Assembly (NCBI GenBank): GCA_964016885.1
Contig: OZ024741.1
Coordinates: 218,984,001-219,048,000, forward strand
Source: Eledone cirrhosa
Lineage: Eukaryota
Direction of reading: 5' to 3'
DNA length: 64,000 bases
Numbering within the stretch: position 1 is the stretch's first letter; every line of letters begins with the position of its first letter. Shown here piece by piece: positions 1-12,305 of this stretch. Position numbers and translations under genes: made by a program. The notes under the pieces were generated by a model. The model did no database searches. It saw nothing but the letters and a program-made list of their open reading frames with translations, and was not told where the DNA came from.

Positions 1-3000
1 TGAACCTCTTGAGAGGTTTGCCCTGCTTTCATTTCCCTGAACAGAGTTCCCATACATCAGTTGCTTCGGAAGCCTGGGATCGTCCATCTGGATGACATGT
101 CCGACCCATCAAAGTCGGCTCTTCAGTATCATAGCTTCGACACTGGTTGTCTCAGCCATGTCAAGAACTTCGAGGTTGGAGACCTTGTCCTGCCATTTGA
201 TGTTCATGATTGACCGCAGGCTGCGCATGTGGAACCATTCCAGCTGCTTCAGGTGCCTTCTGTACAGGGTCCATGTCTCACATCGATAGAGGAGGCTGGT
301 GAGAACAACGGCCCTGTACACCTTGAGCTTGGTGGACTGCCTGATGTTGTGCTGGTTCAGGACGCGTGTCCTCATGTGGCCAAGGGCTTGACTGGCCTTG
401 CAGATCCTGCCGTTTATCTCCCTGTCAAGGCTTCTATCGCTGCTGATGACACTGCCGAGGTACTTGAAGTCGTCCACCATCTTTAGCTGGGTGCCTGAGA
501 TGGAAGGAGGGTGGGCGACAGAGGCAGGTGCAGGCTGGAACAGGACCTCAGTCTTGCCAAGGCTAATTGTGAGACCAAAGAGGCAGGAGGCCTCCCCGAA
601 CTTGTTGACGATGAGTTGGAGGTCAGACTCCCTGTAGGCCATGAGGGCACAGTCGTCAGCAAAAAATGCCTCCAGGACGATCCTCTGCACGATCCTTGTC
701 TTGGCCGTCAGGCGCCGCAGGACAAACAGGGAGTCGTCCAGTCTGTATCGCAGATACACTCCGCGTTCAAGGTCCCTGATGGCATGATTGAGCACGCAGG
801 TGAAGAACAGGTTGAAGAGGACGGGAGCCCACACGCATCCTTGCTTGACGCCATTGGTGATTCCGAACGGCTTTAATGCCTCCGCGCCAGAGCGCACCTG
901 CTCGGTCATGTCGTCATGGAATGGCCGTCTCAGGTTCACACACTTTGTCGGGCATCCAAACTTCGACAGGATCGACCAGAGGGCCTCCCTGTTGACAGTG
1001 TCGAAGGCCTTTGTCAAGACTATGAAGATGGCAAAGAGGTCCATGTTCTGCTTGACACACTTCTCCTGCACCTGGCGTACAGAGAAGATCATGCCAATCG
1101 TGCTGCGGTTTGGGCGGAACCCACACTAGGCCTCAGGCAGGTAGTCCTCCGAGATATTGGTGATGAGGCGGTTGAGCATGACACGAGCCAGGACCTTCCC
1201 AGCGATGGACAGGAGAGAAATGCCCCTTGCCACAGTCAGTTTTGTTGCCTTTGTTCTTAAAAAGCGAGACAACTGTGGCATCCCTGAAGTCTTTGGGCAC
1301 CTCTTCTTCCTCCCATATGCTGACGAAGAGGGTGTGGAAGGCTCCCAGGGCAGCTGGACCGGCCAACTTGAAGATCTCGGGAGGAATCCTGTCCTTCCCA
1401 GGGGCCTTTCCTGAGGTGTTCTGGTTGATTGCCTTCGTGACTTCATCCAACGTGGGGGGTGGGGAGGTCGAGGTTGCCGACTACGGGCTTCTGTGGGATC
1501 TGGTCGAGGGCGGCAGGGTCGACAGTGGAGCAGGTTGCTGAAGTGCTCTCTCCACCTCGAGTTGATGCTGCTCTTCTCCTTCAGCAGGGTCGAGCTGTCA
1601 GCAGACAGCAGCGGTGTGGTGACAGGCTTGGGGGGTCCGTAGACGTCCCCGATGGTGCTGAAGAACATCTGGGAGTTCTTTGTGTCAGTGTATCTCTCGA
1701 CTTCTTCGGCCTTCTTTTCCCACCACTCGTCCTGCATTCTGGGTATTGCTTCTTGGGTCTGCCTCTGGAGGTGCTTGAAGCAGTTGCGCTTCGAGGTGGA
1801 GGAGCTGTCATTCTGCCACTCAATGAAAGCTCTCCTCTTCTTGTCCAGGAGTTGTCTGATGCGCTCATCGTTTTCATCAAACCAGTCCTGGTGGACTCTC
1901 TTCCTCGGCCCGATGGTTGCCTTGGATGACTCTGTCACCAGCGACCTGAACTGGTCCCACTGTTGAGTTGGGGGTCCGGTCAGTGGTCCATGGGCAGTCA
2001 GCCGGCCGTCCAGGTCTTCCGCGAACGCATCACGATGCTCTGGCTGCTTGAGTCATGTGCCGTCGAAAGCTGGCCTACAGACTTTCAGAGTCTTCCGATG
2101 CGTCGGGGTGATGTGCAGTGACAGGATGGTCCTGACAAGGCGATGGTTGGTCCAACACTCTGCACCACGCATGGCCCTTGTGATTCTGACGTCACGGATT
2201 TCCCTCCTGTGGCATATGGCAAAGTCAATCAGATGCCACTGTTTGGATCTGGGGTGCATCCAGGTCGTCTTCAACTTGTCTGCCTGGAGGAACAGTGTGC
2301 TGGTGATGGTGAGGTCGTTCTCAGTGCAGAAACTCAACAGTATGAGACCGTTAGAATTCAGCTTCCCTGTGCCGTGAGGTCCCAGCAGGCCTCTCCAGTT
2401 GCTGCTGTCAGACCCAACTCTAGCGTTGAAGTCCCCCAGTAGGATTAGTTTATCGCTTGGGGGGGGGCACCCTTCATGAGTGCATTGAGTTCCCCATAGA
2501 AAGCGTCCTTTGCTTCATCGCTGCTGGTGAGAGTGGGGGGCTTACGCGCTGATGATTGTGACATGCCGAGATGGGTTGAGGGGGAAGCGGAGCTTCATCA
2601 GCCGTTCACTCACAGGTGTTGGGAGGTCTGGTAGCTGCCTGCAGAGCGAAGTCCTGATGGCCAGGCCTACCCCGTGGATTCTGTCCTCGTCCTTTGCATT
2701 ACCCTTCCAGAAGAAGGTGTAGCCTCCTTTCGGTTCTGCTACTGATCTTTCTTCAGTGAGTCTGGTCTCGCTGAGGGCGGCTATCTCGATCCGGTAGCGA
2801 GCTAATTCCCTCGCTATGAGGGCAGTTCTTCTCTCTGGCCTCAAGAGGTTTCCATGCGCCAAGAATCAAGTTCTTCTTTCTATTATGTTGGTTTCGACCA
2901 CTTGGAAGGTTAAAACCACCAGCAGCGGTAGACTGGCCAGCTTTGTGTGGGACGAGCATTTGGTTAGAGCTCCTTTTATCGCCCCTCCCCTTGTGCGAGG

Positions 3001-3612
3001 GTGAGCAGTGCTCCCCTGAAAAGGGCTGCCCAGTCGCCCAGTGGAATGCCTGATCTCCTCTGTCATCCCAGGGTCAGGAGGAGAACGACTTCCACATCCA
3101 GGCCGCCCATGTGTGGGTTTGAGACTGGCAACTCCCAGAGGTTACCTCCACCTGTTACCTGTGCACAATAACGGTCCCACTCACTCGGCCGCAAAAGCCA
3201 GAATCCGGTGGTACGGAGGACCGTCGCGACCAGGGACTTCCTTGGCTGCAGTGGATGGCCACGACGTCTGTAGTGCCTTGCTGTGCCCTAGCGCTCAAAC
3301 CACTTGCTGTCGCCGCCATCGTGACCGTTGGGACGATGTTGTCCTCCTCCACTGACTCCGCCGGGTCCAGTCTTCGCATGCAGGGGCAGGCATCCCCTAT
3401 CTAACTCACCGGGGGGTTTCAGACTCGTCCGGCTACCCTCAACCTGGTTCGGCCCGTCAGCCAAGTCGGTTTACCAAGGTGTGGCCGCTGTCGCATGCTA
3501 CAGCTTCTTGGGGTGAGAGCTGAGTGTCAGGCGGGACCCAATGCAGGACGAGCTGTCCTTAAAAGGGCATGGCTAACCCTCCCTACAGAGGTACATGCCA
3601 CCCCCTGACACC
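1..3612 (-). mobile_element. RTE-BovB-like LINE, decayed: 5'UTR (~2960-3612), APE endonuclease and RT; runs off the window start
   Basis: Frameshifted minus-strand ORFs: 2542-2862 (ELARYRIEIAALSETR, GYTFFWKG, HGVGLAI; APE), 2053-2337 (TTWMHPRSKQWHLIDF), 1126-1938, 1133-1450 (GKAPGKDRIPPE), 109-1092 (KAFDTVNRE, GVKQGC, FFADD, FKYLGS). Confidence 0.93.
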
Positions 3613-3940
3613 CAGGCATATACACACGCATATACATACACATACATATGTACATGTGTATATACATATTTACACATTTTGGGATGGCCGTTGACTCTTA
3701 TCAGTTCTTCCGCCCTTTGTCAGGTTTTGTTTTTTGTCCTGCAGGGTGTCCACAATCACCCTCCTCACCACGTAAACTTGGTGTGGTTGCCAATTTAGTC
3801 GCCGACGTGACAGGCTGTACTGGTTTACATGTTACCGGTAGCAATCAAGAGTGACCTGACACACACATATATACATATATATATATATAAAAGAAATGAA
3901 TACAAAGGAGTATATACCGTTAAAACATGTTTATATAACA

Positions 3941-3985
3941 ATGCACCTACATTCGTTTCGCCCCAAAAGGGCTTCTCAAGGGCAT
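3941..3985 (-). ncRNA. Minimal type I hammerhead ribozyme motif (U3-A8 core variant)
   Basis: Minus strand: ATGCCC-TTGAGAA-GCCC ttttg GGGC-GAAAC gaat GTA-GG(T)GCAT. Stems I, II and III all pair; cleavage triplet GUA. Confidence 0.6.
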
Positions 3986-4369
3986 AGAAAACAAAAAAAA
4001 ATGATCAGTAGTGATAAATTTACAGTAGAATAACATAACAAATATGTTTTAAAATAACAGATTAGGACAATGGGATTGATGAGTTAATATCTGTATACAA
4101 CAACTGCAACGGTATCCCTTCATTCATTGAAACATACCAGAGTGTTATGGAGTAAATCCATCATCAGACTGGATAACTACAAACAGCTTCGATTTCTGGC
4201 TGCTGGAAACTTTATCAATATTCTCAGGTATTTCTTCCACCAGTTGCACTCAATCCCCTCCCCTGCCAACTATAATGGCCCCTGGTTGCTCTGTTGGTGA
4301 TCTCCTGCCCCCCAGACACCACCCAGCCTCTCCCATACCACACTTCTATAATTCCATCTATTGTCTATT

Positions 4370-4608
4370 ACTCTCTCTCTTTCTTTCTCCTCACATCTTC
4401 TCTTCCTCTCTATCCCTCTCTATCTTTCTCCCTTCCTGCACTCTCTCTCCTCCCCCCCATCTCTCTCTCTTCTCTCTCTCCCTCACCCTTTCTCTCTCTC
4501 TTTCCACCTCTCTCCACACCTCCCTGCCCCCTCTCTCTCTATCTTTCCAGTCTCTCTCCAGTCTCTCTCCAGTCTATCTCTTTCTTTCTCTCTCCAGTCT
4601 CTCTCCAG

Positions 4609-4692
<84 letters not shown>
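4370..4692. repeat. (CT)n-rich microsatellite / polypyrimidine tract
   Basis: Direct inspection; the overlapping S/L-rich ORFs are artefacts. Confidence 0.95.
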
Positions 4693-4696
<4 letters not shown>

Positions 4697-4914
4697 GTGC
4701 CAGTTGCAGTGTTTACCTTGTTAACGTTAGCAGTATTAGATTACACGTCAGGGAATATTGAAATTTGTTTAAACCTCGTTAATAAGATGAAGAGAAGAGG
4801 TGGGGGAGGAGGAGAACATCAACACCACCATCATCATCATCATCATCAACAGCAACATTAGCAAATAACTGTGAGAAGAGGGAGGGGGAGGAGAACACCA
4901 TGAATAACAACAAC

Positions 4915-4945
<31 letters not shown>

Positions 4946-5172
4946 GCAGCAAGTAAGTGCGGAAGAAGGGTACATGTATGGGTATTTATGAAAATGATGA
5001 AATAGAAATAGGGGGGAGGAGGGGGAAGGGGAAAGGGTAATATAGGAAAAAACGAGAGATAACTATACAGACATATGGGGGGGGGGGAGTAGATAGATAG
5101 ATAGATTGATTGATAGATTGATAGATAGATTGATTGATAGATAGATGGATAGATTGATAGATAGATAGATAT

Positions 5173-8100
5173 ATTTCTTTATTAGCCACAAGGGCGCACA
5201 AGAAAAGGGGACAATACAAAGACATGCCGAGGACTTTACATACAGTCGTGTAAAAAATATAAAAACAAACAATTACAACAATCGAAATCCCCAATAGGGG
5301 GGAAGCGCCACAAAGGGGTTGTTTAATACCCCGTCGATAGAATAACCCTCAACTCCAGGAGCGTGTTGTGCAAGTGCTCCTTTCTTCCTTTTGCTCTCTT
5401 CTTCAACCTACAGGTTTATATACAAAGAAGGCCCAATCACTCGGGCCATTTTCGCTTCATTCACCCACCTTTCAGTAAATTTACTGGGGTGAAGTACCTC
5501 TCTCTCCACCCTGATTCGCCTTCTAAAGTGATACTTAAAGAAGGGAATCAATTGTTGTCCGGAGAGAAAGGCATCTGTCCTTAGTCCTCTCAATCTCGTC
5601 CACCATATAACTTATTTCACCATAGCCAGCGTACAGAGGAAAACCGCCTCGTTTTTGAAAGAGGCTGGCGGTTTGATCCTTACTATGGACTCGGCAGTCA
5701 ACTGGAACGACACAATTACTGTGACGTCGACGGCATAAGCCGACGCCGCTTTGCGCAGTCCCGGTTCTAGAGGGATGCCCTGTAACAGCTCCAATTTCCG
5801 CAGTAGTGGCTCTAGAGTCAATACATACAGAATGGAGGAGAGAGGGCACCCCCGTCGAATGGAACGCGTGATTGCGAACGGCTCCGATAGGTAGCCGTTC
5901 ACCTTGACCCTCGAGCAGATGCTGATGTGCATCGCCTCGATCCAGCCTCTGAACACGGGACCGAAACCGGCCGCCTTGAGAACCCCTTCCAAGTATCGAT
6001 GGTCGACCCTATCAAATGTCTTAGACTGATCCAAATTGATCAGAGCCCCACCGAAGCCGGGTTTACTACCCACCCTCTCTATGATGTATCGCATGAGGTG
6101 GAGGTTGTCGTGTGTGGACCTGGTCGGGATTGCACACGTCTGCGCTTTCCCTACCAGGTTCTCGACGACAAGCGCCAACCTCGTCGCTAGCACCTTGGCC
6201 AAAATCTTTAACTCTGTGTTGAGCAGAGTTATAGGCCTAAAGTTGTTAATTTCGTCCCCTTTGTTCTCGCCTTTCCTGATCAGCGTTGCTACGCCCTTGC
6301 CTGCAGAACTGGGAATTCTTCCGTTCTGCTGCCAATTGCAGTAGTCAGCCTCGAGGACGCCAGAGAACAAGTCCGGCACGCCTATGTAAAACTCATAGGG
6401 TAGACCATCTAGACCAGGTGACTTGCGTTTCCCGCAGCGGCCCAGATCGTCCCGTATTTCAGTCCGTGATCGGTCTTTCGCAGAACTCGGCGTCCGTGTT
6501 CGAGAGACGCGACAGGTCGTCGAGGTATGAACTAAAGTCCATTGCCCCGTTCGGCTCACCGTCGTTCTGCTCAAACAGTCGCGCAAAGTGCTGCTGAAAG
6601 GCTGCGCACATTCGCTTGGGGTCAAATAGCACGCGTCCGTTTTGGTCTTTCAAAGACTGAATCGTGGACTTGTTGCCAATTTTTGCCTCCGCCACTCGGG
6701 CCCAGCTGACAGCTTTCGCTCCTTCGTTTCCTAGAACACGTGTTTTGCTTCTGAGCACGCAGCCTCCGTGATTCGCGTCGAAGAACTGGTCTAGTGCCGT
6801 TCTCGACGCTAACACTCTAACCGCGTTTCCACTTCTAAGTGCTTCCTCTACCTTGGCTACTAGCTCTCTTTCTATTTTGTTTTTCTCTAAGGCTAACTCT
6901 CTGCTAAACTCTATCAATTCTACTCTAATTGCTTTCTTGAGAGAGTACCACCATCTATTGTTGACGATGGCTCTCGTTAACTGTTGCTTGACTAGTCTAC
7001 TTATCTGTTCACTGTAAGCTTTACGTGCCGGCAACAACACGTTCAGCTTCCAGTATCCGGGTCCCTGTCTATGTATTCTATCATGGTTGACTAAGCAGAC
7101 GACTAATTTGTGATCTGAGTAGGCAACCATGTGCGTTCGTGGATAGCTTAACATCTCCTTGTCCCTTTCTCTAATGAAGAACCTATCTAAATACGATCTA
7201 GATGTCCCGCTGATGTTTGCCCACGTCCACTGTGGTGCAGTCGGGAAATCCAGTCGATGCCTATCGGCCAGTTGGAATTGGCCGATTAAAGTTTTGAGGC
7301 TGTTACACCCCCATCTACTGGGACATGCTCCAACATAGTCCCATCGTGCATCTAGGATTCCATTCCAGTCCCCCACTAAAAGTAAGGAGCGAGACGTTCC
7401 CAGAAAAGACTCTAGACGCTTAAAGAAATCTGGCCGTGATTGCGATTGCTCGATCGGGGCATAAACGGCCACGAGTCTGAAGGCTCCACCTCCAATACTG
7501 TTCACGTCTAGAACTACCAGTCTACCCTCCGGGTCCAAGTGTACTTGCTGTACTTCGACGTCCAGGTTCTTCCGAAACATGACAGCCACTCCCCTCCACT
7601 CATTGCTGACAGGGAGATGCGTAGATCTCAAAGTCGTCGAAGATGGGGGTTAGTTGCTGCCTGTTGTAGATCCTGGACACGGTGATGGCTCTCACATCCA
7701 TACCGTGTGACCTAAGGTCGTTTAAAAGTTGGACCTGTTTCCAGGGCATCCCTAGGTCACGCACATTCACGCTTCCAACTCGTAAACTAGCCATGTTGGT
7801 GGAGAAGAGTTGGCGAAAAGGACGAAAAGGTGCACTTACCTTTTCGTTTCCTGGAGATCGGGTTGTTCAATCTTCATTTCAGTTCTTGTGAGGGTGTTGG
7901 GTGGGGTGGGGAAACATTTTAATAAGACGCGGTTAATAGGTTTTTGACAGCGGTTGCCAACATCCTGCGAAAATTGTTTTTTCAATTTCTGATAGGTTTC
8001 TATCGAAACCCTTATTAGTTTTAGGTGTGGAGACGATTCTGCTTTGACGAAAGTTTTGGCCTCCGTCTCCACCTTGGAGTTTTGGGAAATTACCTCCATC

Positions 8101-9889
8101 AAACTCTTGTTGTTTGTGTTGATGTATGCGTATTGTTGTTTGTGTTTTTGTTGTGTTGTTTTAGTTTGTTGTTCGTCCGTGAGTTTTCTTTTTATGGTGG
8201 GTGCTTGTGTTTTGGGTGGTGTTGGTGTTGTTTGTGTCTGTGGTTGTGTGTTGGTGTTGGTGATTGGAGTTTTGGGAGTTTTGTGGTGTTTCTTTTTTTT
8301 TTTCGTTTTTTAGATTTCCGAGGCTCTCCTTCTTCACTTAAAGAAGAAGAAACAGCCTCATCTGTCGATGAATAATAATCGTCAGGAGTGTGGGGCAGGG
8401 GTATGTTGTGTGGTGGTGGTGTTTCGGTGTGTGTGTTTGTGATAGTGTTTGATGGAATGGGATGGCGTGGGGCTCTGTTCTTCAGGGGTGTTGTCTGTGT
8501 TTTTTCTGTTGTTGTTGGTTGAGTGGCTGTTTGTTTTGATGTGTTTGCTCGTTTCGTCTGTTGATGTACTTGTGGTGGTGGTGGTTGTTTTGGTGTTGGT
8601 GTTGGTAATAGTGTTTTTTAATGATGTTGTTGTGGTGTGTTTGTGAAGGACAGGAGGCTTTTAGGTGTGCAATAAACAGCGAAAGCAATAAAATTTACGC
8701 CCCTCTACCGAAATGTTTATTTTGTTGTTGTCGTCGATGACGACTTTTTCGGGTATTTTGGAGATTCTCTCCGGCTTCATTTGCATCAGAATCTCCAAAT
8801 TAGTACCCGCCCACCTTTGACTAATAGACTTTCGTATTGAAAGAAAGGCATCAGTCTCTGGCTCCACGCAGCCAGCCAAGATCCACCAGATGTTAATGTT
8901 TGGTGGTATAATTTTTTATTTTTATTTTTGTGTCCTTTTCCCCATGCACGTAGCGAAAAAGGTGAATGCTTTTGACACCATTGGTGTCACAGAATGTTTT
9001 TGGGCGAGTGCCTCGCTTTTAAACAGTACGGAAACACTTCCGTACTGTTTTCCTCGTTGGAGAAAGTCAATATTTTCTAGAGTCTCCTTCAAGGTGGCTT
9101 CTATATCTCCTTGACTAACAAATATTGGCTTTCTCGTTGTGTTGGAGACAGTCCTGAAGGTCACTGTCCTTCGAACTGTCTCTTCTTTTATTTCGAGGGG
9201 TGAGTTAATTCTAAACCCACCCTTGTCTTCGAAAGTTACACATTTTCTCCCTTGCTGGAGCCTATATCTTGCATTGGAGATGTCAAGATTTATAAAATCT
9301 TGTTTTTTGTTCACTGTTTCAGCGAAAAACATTTTTTGTGTGGTGTTGCTGTTGTTGCTGTTATTGTTATCGTTGTTAGCCTAAATTTCTTGACGAGGTG
9401 AAACTTTATGTGTAGATGTATCTATGGAGTTGTTGTTGTCTTTTTCATGTGTATGTATGTTAATAGGTTTAATTCCTGTGTTTTCATGTGTGTTATTGTT
9501 ATTTTTCTTCGCTTCGACGGTAGACATTTTAAAATCTTCAAGTGGTAATATTTTTTTCTCTTTGTTGACAGTCGTATCTATGGCGACGTCCATAGTAGCT
9601 GAAGCAAATATAACGTTAATATCTGCCTCTCTACTTCTCTTCTCTCTGTCGACGTTCTCTAGCGTTCTTTCGGAGCTATTCATGTTTTATAGTTGGCAAA
9701 ATTTGATATTTTAAAACATTTTAAAATTTAATTTTCGCCCATAAAGGGGCGAAAAATGGGATGACCACCCAGCTGACAATTCAGCTTGGGGGTTAATCTA
9801 CAAAATGATGTGTTTTTTCAAACAATTAGTTCGGTTTTTTGTATGGAAATTAACAAAAAACCTTAACGGCGATGTTCCACGCGTCAGGC
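5173..9889 (-). mobile_element. Tx1-clade LINE, near full length but decayed (ORF1 + ORF2 APE-RT with internal deletion), flanked by (GATA)n
   Basis: ORF2 pieces: 7600-7794 (GSVNVRDL), 6459-7631 (DPEGRLVVLDV, LVGDWN, SYLDRF, SDHK, GPGYWKLN), 5612-6625 (KSPGLDGLPYEFY, FRPITLLNTELKILAK, LDQSKTFDRVDH, GCPLS, AYAVD). ORF1 pieces 8044-9683 include a CFRC..H zinc-knuckle remnant. After the YxDD motif the sequence jumps to the ORF2 C-terminus (~5700). Confidence 0.9.
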
Positions 9890-10009
9890 AGATAAAGAGA
9901 TAGATAGATAGATTGATGGTCAGATAGATAGATTGACAGGTAGATTGACATATAGATAAATAGTCCTACCCCTTCTAGCGTGGAAGATGGACGTTAAACG
10001 ATGTTGATG

Positions 10010-10200
10010 ACTGCCTCCTACTACAACTCAGCCTTAAGCAACAGTGGCTTCTCCAAATTAATATCTTACTCTCCAGATCCCTGCCCTCTATCTAGCAAGA
10101 AAAAACCTAGACATAAAACCATCACGTGGTTGACTCCCCCATTGGAGTTCAACATTAAGACTAATGTAGGTAGAAAATTCCTAGCATTCTTAGATTCACA
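10010..10200 (+). mobile_element. Penelope-like (Naiad-type) ORF fragment, RT-endonuclease linker
   Basis: YNSALSNSGF..KPRHKTITWLTPPLEFNIKTNVGRKFLAFLDS matches the PLE 'RKRNIIWFNPPYS.NV.TNIGKKFL' motif; homologous to 16900-17000. Confidence 0.75.
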
Positions 10201-10577
10201 AGGCGATGTACAAGACAAGTTTATACACACACGCACATATTCACCTTCATCAGCTCTCTAACCATCAAAATGGTGTCGCACGAGTGAAAATCGCCTTTCT
10301 TTATTTCATTCTTCCAGTCACTTCTGTACACCAGCACACTTCTCCTTGTCTTCCTCCTCTTTCTATCTTTTCTATATTTCATCTACCTGCCATCCACCTT
10401 GTGGATTGTCTCTCTGTTGACCACTGGCCGCTGGTCTCTGTCCTCTGGGGCCTTTTCGTCCATCACTGTCTTTGATAACATTTAGCTGTTTTAACTGCTG
10501 TTCTAGCGATGACATTTTCTCATTTATATATATATTCAAATACAGTCTCCCTTCATCTCGATCAGAGATAACATTGT

Positions 10578-10695
<118 letters not shown>

Positions 10696-10700
10696 AACAC

Positions 10701-10744
<44 letters not shown>

Positions 10745-10750
<6 letters not shown>

Positions 10751-10980
10751 GTTAAACAGAAATAACAACCCAATCGGTACAGTATATGGAAGAAATATAT
10801 TAGGTTAACGTTTGAAATAGCAGGAAGAGGGTCTTAACGTTTCGGACGCGAGTCGTTCATCAGAATAAAGAATGAGAAATAAGATAGATTGAAGGGACGG
10901 GCGGGTTGGAATTGGAAAAAATGTCTTTAGATAAAAATAACAGGTCCATTCATGTTGACATCTCTTGGAAAACTGTTTTA
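10745..10980 (-). mobile_element. Short PLE pseudo-LTR-like repeat with hammerhead motif (10832-10867); family also at 13995-14203, 55170-55345, degenerate at 50570-50610 and 50990-51085
   Basis: Shared ~230 nt sequence; minus-strand consensus TCTT-CTGATGA-A-GGAC tagc GTCC-GAAACGTT-AAGA. Confidence 0.65.
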
Positions 10981-11337
10981 TATATATATATATATATATA
11001 TGAAAAAAGTCAGGACCCCGATGGTTAGATCCGAACCGTATATATATATATATGTGTGTGTGTGTGTTTGTGTGTGATGGTAGCTAAGATGCTTCCATAG
11101 GCGGTATGCCGGTTGAGCACTCTATGCTCTTACAAATTAGAGTATGATAGAATAGAAAACGAAAAATCAGTGATGCATATCAGTGAGAGAATATGCTCCG
11201 AAATCATGAGACGTGTCCGTCGAACCTGCGGTTCCAGAATCAGACAGATCCACACAATGATCGCGTCTCGAACTGTCCGCCGGCGAAACAATTGTAACAC
11301 ACAATAAATTGAGTTCAGATGCATCAGTGATTTTTCG

Positions 11338-11423
<86 letters not shown>

Positions 11424-11792
11424 ATATGAAACGAAAGGAGCTGTGTGGTTACTAAAAACAAGGTTTAGGATGGTGGTTAGGACGGAACAAGAGGAGAAAG
11501 GAAGAAAGGAGATTCCTTCGTCAGCTGTAAATGTTTCCGGATCCGATGTTTCGGTGCTGAATATATATATATACAGAAATGAGTTGCAATGTTACTGGTG
11601 CCAAGCTGTATATGCCATAGCCTTTCCCTTGGACAACATCGGCGGCGTGGAGAGGGGAGACTGGTATTCATGGATCACTGCAGGTCTTCCACAAACTAAC
11701 CTTGCCCAGGTTTGTACCTTAGAGGGAAACTTTCAAGGTGTTAAACCATGGTCATTAGTAACTGATGGGGGGGGGGGATTAAGGCAATGCAT

Positions 11793-11862
<70 letters not shown>

Positions 11863-11864
<2 letters not shown>

Positions 11865-11984
11865 TAGGTACAGATTAAAGTTTAAGCAAAGAAGATCCCG
11901 TAAAAGGGTGAAGGCAGTGATTCTTTGCTTAAGCTTTAATCTGTACTTATAATAAATATTTGCTCTATTGGTTTTATATATATA

Positions 11985-12046
<62 letters not shown>

Positions 12047-12090
12047 TCCTTATCGAGCCCTCTTCGGATTTTAGTCTTTACATTTATTAT
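11863..12090 (+). mobile_element. Short fold-back copy of the palindromic element family at 56982-57550
   Basis: 11890-12090 aligns with 57400-57550; 11863-11892 is the reverse complement of 11921-11950. Confidence 0.7.
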
Positions 12091-12107
12091 TACTATATAT
12101 ATAGTAA

Positions 12108-12300
12108 GGGCGGTGGATTGGCAGTATCATAGATGGTCGGACACCATGCTTTGCAGCAAAGAGTTACGGCCCTTTATGATCTGAGTTCAAATCCCGCCGA
12201 GGTTAACTTTGCCTTTCATCCTTACGAGGTCGATAAAATAAAGTAGCAGTAATGTACTGGGTAATTGCTGGCCTTGTGCCAAGAGTAGAAACAATTATTA
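12108..12300 (+). mobile_element. tRNA-derived SINE with Deu/Nin-like central domain (representative copy)
   Basis: Box A TGGCAGTATC, box B GAGTTCAAATCC, core GCCTTTCATCCTTACG.GGTCGATAAAATAAAGTA, tail GGCCTTGTGCCAA.AGTAGAAACAATTATT. Further copies at ~17050, 24148, 27812, 28016, 28333, 28530, 31150, 34915, 35117, 39385, 39580, 41517, 43657, 58298, 59248, 60013. Confidence 0.88.
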
Positions 12301-12305
12301 CTATA

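Noticed and set aside
11505-11560. Hammerhead halves (CTGACGA and GAAAC on the minus strand)
   Set aside because: The elements are in the wrong order and lack consistent stems.
12108-12200. tRNA genes suggested by A/B boxes
   Set aside because: These are SINE heads without a complete cloverleaf, always followed by SINE core and tail.
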